Shown here: in pieces, positions 9,504 through 17,648 of the stretch
Position numbering within the stretch: position 1 is the first letter of the stretch
How the letters are laid out: every line of letters starts with the position of its first letter
From: a virus
Taxonomy: Duplodnaviria; Caudoviricetes
Virus record (IMG/VR): IMGVR_UViG_3300021197_000785
Location: 1-61,875 of that record
Strand: one strand, 5' to 3'
Length of the DNA: 61,875 bases
The notes under the pieces: generated by a model
What the model was told of the DNA's origin: nothing
Databases searched by the model: none
Seen by the model: the letters and a program-made list of their open reading frames with translations, nothing else
Translations under genes and position numbers: made by a program

Positions 9504-12167
9504 TTACTCAAATGAAAATAAATCATCAAACGTGTTAGCAGTTTGTGTTGCGCCTTTTAAGTCCCAGTCCAGTACACTTAATAAGTTATCAATTTTTTGA
9601 TCTACAATAGTTGCTTCCATTAGTCCGTTATCAAAGGGAAGTTCCTTGAACCACTGTGGCAAATGTGTCTCGTCTGTTGGATAACCAATACTAGTCCAAC
9701 CCAGAGGATTGCTTTTTAGTTTGCATACAATAGTTTTTGCTCCATCCATAATCTCTTGGCTGTACTTGTCGCCATTCATCTTACGCATGTTGTTCCAGTT
9801 CATTGCCGCTCTAACGTGCCCTGGCATGTTTGCTTTGCCTAGTCGCTTTTCTTCTGCACTGTACTTGGTCAAGTTGTTAACACGCTTGGGTGTGCCTTTT
9901 TCCCAACCTGGACGCTCATGAAATGTATTCTTAAACTCTTTTACCTTTTCAATAATTTCTTCGCGCTGACAACCAGTAAGCACATCCAGCAGTAGTTCAC
10001 TTAGAAAATCCTGCATAACCTTAGGAGTATCACTACGTTTGAGATCCAAGCCCATTGCTTTTACTTTGCCTGGCTTGCCATCTGTATCCAAACGGAAACC
10101 TTCTAAATCATAGATCAGTGCTGCATAACGCTTCTTAGTAATGTACAACCCTTTAGTTGCAACAATTTCTCTGCCGCCTCTAATAATCTCACCATTTTCA
10201 CGCGGACAATGAAAAGCACGTTCCATAAACACAGGAAACTCCTCATTGACTTGATCTGCAATACCATCATAGAGTTGTGTAACAATCTCTTTTGTCCACT
10301 CTTGCCGACCTGCTTCTACTTCTTCCTGCATCATGGGCCATGCACTAAAGTACACACTATCTGTATCGCCATATACAATGGCATCGCCTGTGTAATCTTC
10401 ATTGCCTGTTAGCAATCCATTTACAGTTTCAGCCATGCGTTTTGTGATACAGCGACCTGTTAGTGTAGTGCTTTGTCCTATACGGAAATCATAGAATCTA
10501 CAACCAGGATTTAGGATAGCACCATACAAACTGTTCAAGTTAATCTTTTTAACAAGTTGTCGTTTATCCCAATACTCAACATCACCGCCTTCATCCTTGG
10601 CTTTCTTTAGTTCTTTCTGCATAACTTTGCGTTCTGCATACCAGCGTTCAAGTAATGCAGGAATAACTCCCTTGCGTTCATATGTAAAGATAGTGCCATT
10701 AGCACTTAGCGTCCAGGGCTGATTACTATCAAACATTAAACGCCATACATCATATGCACTCAGCGTATCTTCGTCACCGTTCTCCCAGTCAATAGTAATC
10801 TCTGTGCCACGCTCCATTGCCATAACTGCACGATACTCTCTACTTCCAAACTCATTTTCCCAAGCCTGTGCAAAACTTGTACCACTTGCAGTCTTTTCAC
10901 GCAACATGTGTTCAGTCATTGTCTGGCGCAGTTGCCCTACCACAGTTTCTGGACCCATGTTAAGTGCGCGAATCACACTAGGATACAGGCTGTTAATATC
11001 AATAGCACCAATCCAATCATGTAGTCCTTTTTTAGGATACGCAACATATGCACCCGCTGCTACTATCTTTGGACCATCGTCCCTGCTTTTGCGATTAGGA
11101 ACAACCATACCACGACTGTGTGCATCATTAATAATTGCTTGCTCTGTTAGTGCAACAGCACCCATGGTAGTCATTAGTAGCACAGTGTTCTCATGTGCAA
11201 GAATGTTACTTAGATCAATAAAACGTAGTTTCTTATCCAGTTTGTTTAGCAGTGCAGTATCTTGCCTGTTATAATCAATAAATTTTTCAAAGTCCTGATT
11301 GTATAACTGATCGAGTGTGCCTTCATAAGCAACTTTGCGTTCATCAAGTTCATGTTCACCAATAGCATCCAGTGTGTAACTATGACGTTCTTCATAGGTG
11401 TATTTGCGATACAGTTGCATATAGTCCAAGTGTACACGCCCTACTAGATCAAATGTATTGCTTTCTTTACCAAAGCGTTCAAATGTGCGCTTTTTGGGCT
11501 GTTGTCCGAACAAGCACCACTTGCGGTTGTCATCTTTACTAAGCACACGGGTAATACGATTGATTGTGTAGGGTATATCATAACCTTCACTGTTCCAACC
11601 ACTTATAATATCTGCATCATCTAACAAGTCTAGGAATACTTCCAGCATCTCTGCTTCACTTGTAAACAAGTATGTGTTGTCAAAACGTTTTGTTAGATCC
11701 TTAGCAGTTTCCATTGTCATACCACTGGGCGGGATAGCAAGTGTTACAAGCGTATCTGTCCAGTCCAAGTATATACTAATTGCTGTAATTGGATTAAAAG
11801 GATCGTCAGGACTACTATAGCCTTTTTCTTTATGAAAATCTACTTCAATATCAAAGAACGCTGTTTGTAGTTTAGGTGCTTCTGCTCCTAGATAGTTTTC
11901 TTCCAAACAACGGAACACTGGATTGATGTCGCTCTCATATGTGCCTTTGTCTCCTTGTATTTTTAGTTCACGCTGAAACTCTTTGCGATTGCGTGTTGCA
12001 AATCGACTTACAGGCGTATCAAAGATAGTTTTATATTTGCCACGTTGATCATCATAATAAAACACATAGTTAGCACTATACTCTTTGTATTCTCGTTTGC
12101 CATCTACACGTTCCACTACATGGATACGATCACGTTCTCTATCAAAATAAGCGTCTACATAACTCAT
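9504..12167 (-). CDS. polB: Family B DNA polymerase (gp43-like) with 3'-5' exonuclease
   Basis: Exo motifs FFDIEVD, GWNSEGYD, YNRQD; Pol motifs DINSLYPS, KINLNSLYG, YGDTDS, KKRY; start MSYVDAY at 12167 (TAATG coupling). Confidence 0.95.
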   Translation of the reverse strand: MSYVDAYFDRERDRIHVVERVDGKREYKEYSANYVFYYDDQRGKYKTIFDTPVSRFATRNRKEFQRELKIQGDKGTYESDINPVFRCLEENYLGAEAPKLQTAFFDIEVDFHKEKGYSSPDDPFNPITAISIYLDWTDTLVTLAIPPSGMTMETAKDLTKRFDNTYLFTSEAEMLEVFLDLLDDADIISGWNSEGYDIPYTINRITRVLSKDDNRKWCLFGQQPKKRTFERFGKESNTFDLVGRVHLDYMQLYRKYTYEERHSYTLDAIGEHELDERKVAYEGTLDQLYNQDFEKFIDYNRQDTALLNKLDKKLRFIDLSNILAHENTVLLMTTMGAVALTEQAIINDAHSRGMVVPNRKSRDDGPKIVAAGAYVAYPKKGLHDWIGAIDINSLYPSVIRALNMGPETVVGQLRQTMTEHMLREKTASGTSFAQAWENEFGSREYRAVMAMERGTEITIDWENGDEDTLSAYDVWRLMFDSNQPWTLSANGTIFTYERKGVIPALLERWYAERKVMQKELKKAKDEGGDVEYWDKRQLVKKINLNSLYGAILNPGCRFYDFRIGQSTTLTGRCITKRMAETVNGLLTGNEDYTGDAIVYGDTDSVYFSAWPMMQEEVEAGRQEWTKEIVTQLYDGIADQVNEEFPVFMERAFHCPRENGEIIRGGREIVATKGLYITKKRYAALIYDLEGFRLDTDGKPGKVKAMGLDLKRSDTPKVMQDFLSELLLDVLTGCQREEIIEKVKEFKNTFHERPGWEKGTPKRVNNLTKYSAEEKRLGKANMPGHVRAAMNWNNMRKMNGDKYSQEIMDGAKTIVCKLKSNPLGWTSIGYPTDETHLPQWFKELPFDNGLMEATIVDQKIDNLLSVLDWDLKGATQTANTFDDLFSFE

Positions 12168-12451
12168 TAAAGAGCCCCTATAAGTTGTATAAGTGCCCAC
12201 AAATTCATCAATGTGAACCAGAAACATAGTATAAGAGCAAAAGCCGCTTTGCGTATCCAGGTACTAATAATTGCTAGTATACTTCCACATAGATATAGTG
12301 GAACAAACTGCCAACCATTGGGATCAAGAATTGTAAAACTGAGAATAGCACTTGCAGTAATAAGCATCACTGCTTCTACTAGTTCACAGTAAAACGCTAG
12401 AGGACTTAGTCTATAACTATTCCTAAAAAACTTGTAAATTTTACGATACAT
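12167..12451 (-). CDS. Small membrane protein (about 3 TM)
   Basis: 94 aa, three hydrophobic segments. Confidence 0.7.
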   Translation of the reverse strand: MYRKIYKFFRNSYRLSPLAFYCELVEAVMLITASAILSFTILDPNGWQFVPLYLCGSILAIISTWIRKAAFALILCFWFTLMNLWALIQLIGAL

Positions 12452-12709
12452 CTAGATCTTGCCAACTGTGGCTAAGATGTTCTCCAGTTGTGAATAATCA
12501 TCACTGTGCTTGTCAAAGTCTGCTTTGTACGCTGTGCGCACTGCTTTTTTTAGCACTGTGGGTTTGATCTGCATTTCTTCTGCAATTGCTTTAATTGTAT
12601 CATTGAGACCATCATTAAGATCATCAACTTCCTGCATTACAGTAAGACCTTCATTGACTAGTTGTGTCAGTTTTGCTTTTTCTTCGCTCGAAAAGACTTT
12701 ATCACTCAT
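12452..12709 (-). CDS. Double-stranded DNA-binding protein (T4 DsbA/GapR-like)
   Basis: 85-aa helical protein, IKAIAEEMQIKPTVLKKAVR pattern; AGGAG SD; early promoter. Confidence 0.55.
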   Translation of the reverse strand: MSDKVFSSEEKAKLTQLVNEGLTVMQEVDDLNDGLNDTIKAIAEEMQIKPTVLKKAVRTAYKADFDKHSDDYSQLENILATVGKI

Positions 12710-12736
12710 GTGAATACTCCTTGTTGATTATGCTTT

Positions 12737-12765
12737 ATTATATATGGATGTGGGAGAAGTGTCAA
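12737..12765 (-). promoter_or_regulatory. Perfect sigma70 promoter TTGACA-N17-TATAAT
   Basis: Minus strand TTGACActtctcccacatccataTATAAT driving the dsbA-like/polB operon. Confidence 0.85.
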
Positions 12766-12781
12766 GTAATATGTTTAAATA

Positions 12782-13666
12782 TTACCACTTGCGACATGAC
12801 CAATAACGTGCTTTTGTCTTAGGTCCTGGATTATCACAGTTATGTCTAGCACGGAAACTCTTACGAGCTTTTGGATTGCTTTTGCGAATACGCATTGTCT
12901 TACCTTTTACACTGCTTCCGCCATGTCCAAAGTTGACTTTAATTACGTTACCCTTTTTATTCTTAACGTAAACTTTAAACTTTTTTACATCGCCTTGCAT
13001 TGGCTTGTTTAGTTTGACCTTACGTCCTCTATATTCTGCTTCAAATAAATCATTTTCATCAATGCTGTATCCAAGATATCCAAAGTCCTCAAAGAACTGG
13101 TCATCATCTTCAAATGTTAGTTCTGATACATCTTCATTTACTAATGCTGCTTTATACATAATTACTGCTTTTGCAAAATTCTTATCTTGCATCATGCGTT
13201 TTGTTTCAGGATGATCTGGATTATCCACAGCCATACGCACACTACTGCCATCTATGTTGTTTTCTTTTTTAAAGTCCATATATGCCTGCATCTTTTTTGG
13301 ATCTATTTCACGAGCTTCTGCTATTGCATATTCAAATGCTTCGTTAATATCATCCATTGCTATCTGTGCTGTACTTGTTGCTTTAGGAAATGTTACAGGT
13401 TTAACACGTTGAATAGTACTTGCGCCTGCGCCTTGTCTCTGATCTACTTGAGCTTGCTTCTGCATTGCTGTTTGCACACGTTTGTCAGACTTTTTAATAG
13501 CATCTTTTGTTGCCTGTGAAGTATACTGATAACCGCCATCCTTTTGCATTTGTTGTTTAAACTTCTGCATCCTCTGGTCACCCATAGAGATATTCTTATC
13601 TGCTATAGGTGTATTAGTAACTGCAATAGTTCCTGGCTGTTCTGTTAGAAAATCGCTGGCTCTCAT
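12782..13666 (-). CDS. Putative internal head protein with basic Cys/His C-terminal module
   Basis: N-terminus MRASDFLTE; Glu sites (INE, IAE, VNE, LFE) then basic module AEYRGRKVKLNKP...FRARHNC...YWSCRKW. Confidence 0.6.
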   Translation of the reverse strand: MRASDFLTEQPGTIAVTNTPIADKNISMGDQRMQKFKQQMQKDGGYQYTSQATKDAIKKSDKRVQTAMQKQAQVDQRQGAGASTIQRVKPVTFPKATSTAQIAMDDINEAFEYAIAEAREIDPKKMQAYMDFKKENNIDGSSVRMAVDNPDHPETKRMMQDKNFAKAVIMYKAALVNEDVSELTFEDDDQFFEDFGYLGYSIDENDLFEAEYRGRKVKLNKPMQGDVKKFKVYVKNKKGNVIKVNFGHGGSSVKGKTMRIRKSNPKARKSFRARHNCDNPGPKTKARYWSCRKW

Positions 13667-14220
13667 CTGTCAGTCCTTGTTATTGTTTGTGACTTTGGAG
13701 TAGGTGTCAATGTTTTATTAACTACTCTACCCAGTGCGCTGCTAAAGTCTCCTTTACGCAATTGGTCTAGTGCTTGTGGAAATGTTTTGCCTGCACGTTC
13801 TGCAGCCTTCTTAATAGCACTTAAATCGCTGCCGCTAATATCTACATCAATATCAATTTGTTTCCCGTCTGGACTTATTGCAGGATAAGAGCCGCTAGGA
13901 AACTTGTTTCTTACACGCGCCGCTACTGCTTTTGGTCCGAAATAAGGGACTTCCATTGCTGCTTGTGCATCTTTAAAATCTTTTTGTAAAACAGGATCTT
14001 TATCTGCTTGAGGAGCCATTTTTTGTGCTTGTGCAGCACCTTTGCTTGCTATGCTAAACAGTTCTTGATCACTAAGATCGTCTAAACTTTTGCCCGTGCT
14101 TTTTTCCAAATACTGACGAATTTCGTCCACATCTTTACCTAGACTACGCATTGTTTTAACAATCTGTGCTGCTTCTTTACTGCCTTCTATCAGTTCAATT
14201 TGTTCTAACAATAGTCCCAT
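13663..14220 (-). CDS. Hypothetical, putative internal head protein
   Basis: 185 aa, N-terminus MGLLLEQIELIEG; translationally coupled in the late block. Confidence 0.6.
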   Translation of the reverse strand: MGLLLEQIELIEGSKEAAQIVKTMRSLGKDVDEIRQYLEKSTGKSLDDLSDQELFSIASKGAAQAQKMAPQADKDPVLQKDFKDAQAAMEVPYFGPKAVAARVRNKFPSGSYPAISPDGKQIDIDVDISGSDLSAIKKAAERAGKTFPQALDQLRKGDFSSALGRVVNKTLTPTPKSQTITRTDR

Positions 14221-14507
14221 TAGTTTTTAACATTCTTTGCTTTACCCCTACGATTCTTTTTAGGGTCTTGTCTACGTTTTCTTTTTACTGCTTTAGCAAT
14301 TTCTGCTTTGCCACCTTTGGCTCTTAAACTTGCAGCCCTGCTTTTACTTAAACACTTTGGTTTGCCTTCGCCTTTTTTTCTATCACCACATTTACCAATT
14401 CGTTCGCCTTTGGTATTGTAACGATCCCAGCCTCCGCCTCCAGCACCACCTTTTTTTCCTTTGCCGAACCAGTCACGTAAATCCTCATGTAGTTCAACAA
14501 TACGCAT
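14220..14507 (-). CDS. Small very basic protein, putative internal head/DNA-binding protein
   Basis: MRIVELHE then K/R/G-rich body with two Cys. Confidence 0.65.
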   Translation of the reverse strand: MRIVELHEDLRDWFGKGKKGGAGGGGWDRYNTKGERIGKCGDRKKGEGKPKCLSKSRAASLRAKGGKAEIAKAVKRKRRQDPKKNRRGKAKNVKN

Positions 14508-15139
14508 TATTTCTTCTTACTGTTGCCCCAGTTGGCTGCACCAACTTTGCGGCATTTTACAAGTGCGCCACTAGCATATGCACTGGGCCATACTTTGTAG
14601 CGTGATTTTACTTTACGATAGCAAGCATCTTTTTCACCTGCTTTTTCATCAAACTGTTCTTCTGTAAGTGATTCTTCAACACTTTCACCTGCTGCTTTTT
14701 TAAACAAGTCTAGTTGTGTGCCTTTTGGAATCTCAATTACTTTAGGTTCTTTTTTCTTGTTTCTGTCCTGCAATCTAGCCATTGCATCCAAACTTGACCT
14801 GTTGCGTAGACTTGCAATACTTTTGTATTCTTCAAGTTCTTCTTCAGTAATACCTTCGCTCATGCCAGTTACTACCTTCATTGCACGATCTAACATACCG
14901 AGGTTTTGATCTACACTAATTTTAAGATCTGGATCATTGCGTTTTGCTTCTAGCTCACGCTTGGCAAGTGCTGTAAGTTTCATAGCAAGTTCTATCTTGT
15001 CGCCCTTGCCCATCTGCACAGCACGAACAAGTTCAAGCACTTCTGCTTGCACTGCTTTACGCTCAGGACTGAAAGATTTTTTCATAATCTCTACTGTGTC
15101 ATCCATTGCAGAGTTTTCTGAAAACTGATGAAAACGCAT
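14507..15139 (-). CDS. Putative internal head protein with basic C-terminal module
   Basis: MRFHQFSE N-terminus; Glu-rich linkers; KDACYRKVKSRYKVWPSAYASGALVKCRK module. Confidence 0.65.
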   Translation of the reverse strand: MRFHQFSENSAMDDTVEIMKKSFSPERKAVQAEVLELVRAVQMGKGDKIELAMKLTALAKRELEAKRNDPDLKISVDQNLGMLDRAMKVVTGMSEGITEEELEEYKSIASLRNRSSLDAMARLQDRNKKKEPKVIEIPKGTQLDLFKKAAGESVEESLTEEQFDEKAGEKDACYRKVKSRYKVWPSAYASGALVKCRKVGAANWGNSKKK

Positions 15140-15654
15140 TAGCCTTCCTCAGCCTGCTTTACTGCATACATGTGTGCATCTTTAAGAGCTTGGAATGCTT
15201 CAGCAATCTTCTCATGTGCTACATTCAAATAACTTTCGTCACCGCCCTCGGCAATTACTCCACCACTAAGTTGTCCACCTTCTGCTGTAATGTCAACAAG
15301 TTGTTCCATTACTTTGTATGTACTACTAAACATACGATCAAGTTTTGCTGCACCAATGTTTGTTTCTGCAACTGTTGTAGCAACTGTGCTAAGATCATTG
15401 CCAGCCTCAACTTCACTTTTCATAAAGTTGCGATAGCGTGTTGCCATGTCATCAGTTTCTTCAACTTCTTCTGACTCAACAACAACTGGCTGATAAGGAT
15501 TCTCTGCACTAATAGCATTGAACTTGCTTAGTAGGTTTGCTGTTTCAGCAATCTCTACTGGCTTTGTGCTTGGAGCACTTTCAACAACAACTGAAGTTTC
15601 CTTGTTCTCTTCGATGTCGTTTAGTTTCTGTACTAGTTTAAAAAAGTCAGACAT
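15139..15654 (-). CDS. Acidic putative prohead core/internal protein
   Basis: Start MSDFFKLVQKLNDIEE (TAATG coupling); many V/I-x-E sites. Confidence 0.6.
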   Translation of the reverse strand: MSDFFKLVQKLNDIEENKETSVVVESAPSTKPVEIAETANLLSKFNAISAENPYQPVVVESEEVEETDDMATRYRNFMKSEVEAGNDLSTVATTVAETNIGAAKLDRMFSSTYKVMEQLVDITAEGGQLSGGVIAEGGDESYLNVAHEKIAEAFQALKDAHMYAVKQAEEG

Positions 15655-16880
15655 TATTTTTTGCTCCATTCACTGAATTTACTTTGTCTTAGGATGCCAC
15701 GTGGATCGCCTGTTGTTTTATCCTGTCCCATACTCATATTAGGCTTTGATTTAGGAAGTGCCATTTTGTTTGCCATTTTTTGTTTTGTTTGTGCAGGCAC
15801 TGCAGGTTTACTTTTTGGCATTGGCATTCTTTCTTTGGTCTTGCTTAGACTTGCAATGATGTCACCAATAACATCTTCTTCTTCAACTGCATCCTCAATT
15901 TTAACTCCCATTAACTTATCATAGCCCATCTTCTTAAAGTGTGCCTTGCTAGGTTCACTTTGATTAACAAGAGATCCATCAGGATTCATTTGATACTTTC
16001 TAATTCTTTGTTTCAAAATGTCTCGTTCTGCTGGCTTCATGTCATCAATAGTTCTACCAGGAGCAGCATCAATTGCATCTTGTTGTGCTTTTGTTAATTC
16101 TTCCAGATTTTCTAATGATTCACCTTCCATCATCTTCATATCAAATCCACTTACTTTGACACCATAACGATCTTCTAGTTCGTCGGCAACCATATCAAAA
16201 ATTTCATCTTCGCCGTCGCCAGGATTAACCATTACTTTTACATTTACATCTGTTGGAAGTTTATCAAGTGCTGGTCCATCATATTCAATGTTTGTTGCTT
16301 TAACCATTACTTCACGATCTTCTGAGATCACTGCTTCTTCAATATTTTCGCTAACCAAGCCCAGTTTCCTTGCAGCGTTATACAATGCTTCTTGGTAGTC
16401 GCCCATGTCAGCATACTTACTTTCATCGCCAACCATTGCTTCAATTTTGCGAGCAGCATCTTTGTCCATGCTGGCAAGTTGTCTCATGCTCATGCGACCT
16501 TCTACAACTTCTTCTTCATGTACTTCTTGTACATTTTCTTGTGGCATTGTCATAGCGTCTGTCATATCACCAGCAACAGGAACAACTGCTAGTTCTACGT
16601 CTGACATAATTTGACCTTCCATATAATGTTTAACACTACCAAGATAATCAGCGGCTTTGGTTAATTTACTTGCAACCCAGCCATCAATGCCTTCCATTTC
16701 GCTTACGTCTTTAAGCATCTTGTGAATTGATACTGCATATTTTGCACTTTTATAGCAATCGCTTCGCGCCATTTGTACTTCATGATCCTTTTCAGCCTCA
16801 TGTGCCATGTCGCCCAAGCCTTCGTTGAGTTGTTCTTTTTCAACATTTAGTTGTTCTAATTTTGTAATAATATCACGCAT
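15654..16880 (-). CDS. Acidic multi-segment putative prohead core/internal protein
   Basis: 408 aa; LNE, VVE, VSE, ISE, MME sites bound distinct segments; ATAAATA late promoter upstream. Confidence 0.65.
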   Translation of the reverse strand: MRDIITKLEQLNVEKEQLNEGLGDMAHEAEKDHEVQMARSDCYKSAKYAVSIHKMLKDVSEMEGIDGWVASKLTKAADYLGSVKHYMEGQIMSDVELAVVPVAGDMTDAMTMPQENVQEVHEEEVVEGRMSMRQLASMDKDAARKIEAMVGDESKYADMGDYQEALYNAARKLGLVSENIEEAVISEDREVMVKATNIEYDGPALDKLPTDVNVKVMVNPGDGEDEIFDMVADELEDRYGVKVSGFDMKMMEGESLENLEELTKAQQDAIDAAPGRTIDDMKPAERDILKQRIRKYQMNPDGSLVNQSEPSKAHFKKMGYDKLMGVKIEDAVEEEDVIGDIIASLSKTKERMPMPKSKPAVPAQTKQKMANKMALPKSKPNMSMGQDKTTGDPRGILRQSKFSEWSKK

Positions 16881-16907
16881 AGTAATGTCCCTGTTCTACT
16901 GTAGTGT

Positions 16908-16914
16908 TATTTAT
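16908..16914 (-). promoter_or_regulatory. Late promoter ATAAATA
   Basis: Core of T4 late consensus upstream of 16880. Confidence 0.55.
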
Positions 16915-17126
16915 CGTCTTGCCATTGTAGTGCCCATGATATTACTCTTTACATCAAGTGCATTTTTTGCAGTACCGTCTGGATTCTTTGCCTGAGGAGC
17001 AACTGGTAATCCATTTTTATCTCTTTTAAGTTTTTGTCTTGCTTGAATAGGATTTGCAACCGCAGCAATGTTTCCACTTGCTGTTGCTGTTGCGCTTGCT
17101 GATTCTGTTATTTCTTTAATCTTCAT
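16911..17126 (-). CDS. Small putative internal head protein
   Basis: MKIKEITE N-terminus, then SASATATASGNIAAVANP; GAGGA SD. Confidence 0.65.
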   Translation of the reverse strand: MKIKEITESASATATASGNIAAVANPIQARQKLKRDKNGLPVAPQAKNPDGTAKNALDVKSNIMGTTMARR

Positions 17127-17350
17127 GGCTTTTCCTCAGTAACTGAATAGTCTATCAAGTCAACAGGCACATCTGTCAAACTTTGAACTGTAAGATTGTA
17201 TTCAGGACTTTCAGTTATATACAGTTCTAAATTATTGCTAATGACACTTTCATCCAAACTATAATATCTTTCTGTAATAAGTTCATCATTGAGAAATATT
17301 CTGTATGGAGTGTTATCTTTTTCACATTTCATTACTGCTTCTATATACAT
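17123..17350 (-). CDS. Hypothetical protein
   Basis: 75-aa ORF, coupled to neighbours (PYRIFLNDELITER). Confidence 0.6.
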   Translation of the reverse strand: MYIEAVMKCEKDNTPYRIFLNDELITERYYSLDESVISNNLELYITESPEYNLTVQSLTDVPVDLIDYSVTEEKP

Positions 17351-17351
17351 T

Positions 17352-17648
17352 TCAATCCCTCATATTAAACGCAAAACTTACTTGCCTTGCTAGTTGTATG
17401 CCTTTGTCACGTTCGGCTTTTTTAGTACTCTTTTTCATTTTGTTTGCCTTAGCACGAAGTCTTTTTAAATCCGTTTTGCTAAGTTTATCTCCGGCGCCCT
17501 TACCTAAATACATTGCTGCTTTACGTTTTAAACTCCCTGGTCGGCTGCCTGGTTTTTCTGCTCTTTCATTAAAGTCCTCAGTTAGTTGTTGTAGTTCCTC
17601 CATCAGACTGTTGATTTTGTTGTTGTGTGTTGGCTGATCGTTGTCCAT
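17352..17648 (-). CDS. Small basic protein
   Basis: K/R-rich body after LTE-D/FNE-R; alternative start at 17603 (MEELQQLTE). Confidence 0.6.
   Translation of the reverse strand: MDNDQPTHNNKINSLMEELQQLTEDFNERAEKPGSRPGSLKRKAAMYLGKGAGDKLSKTDLKRLRAKANKMKKSTKKAERDKGIQLARQVSFAFNMRD

Noticed and set aside
9504-12227. Intein or intron in PolB, and the longer track start at 12227
   Set aside because: Length (887 aa) and motif spacing are normal with no splicing motifs; the ATG at 12167 is coupled to the upstream stop.
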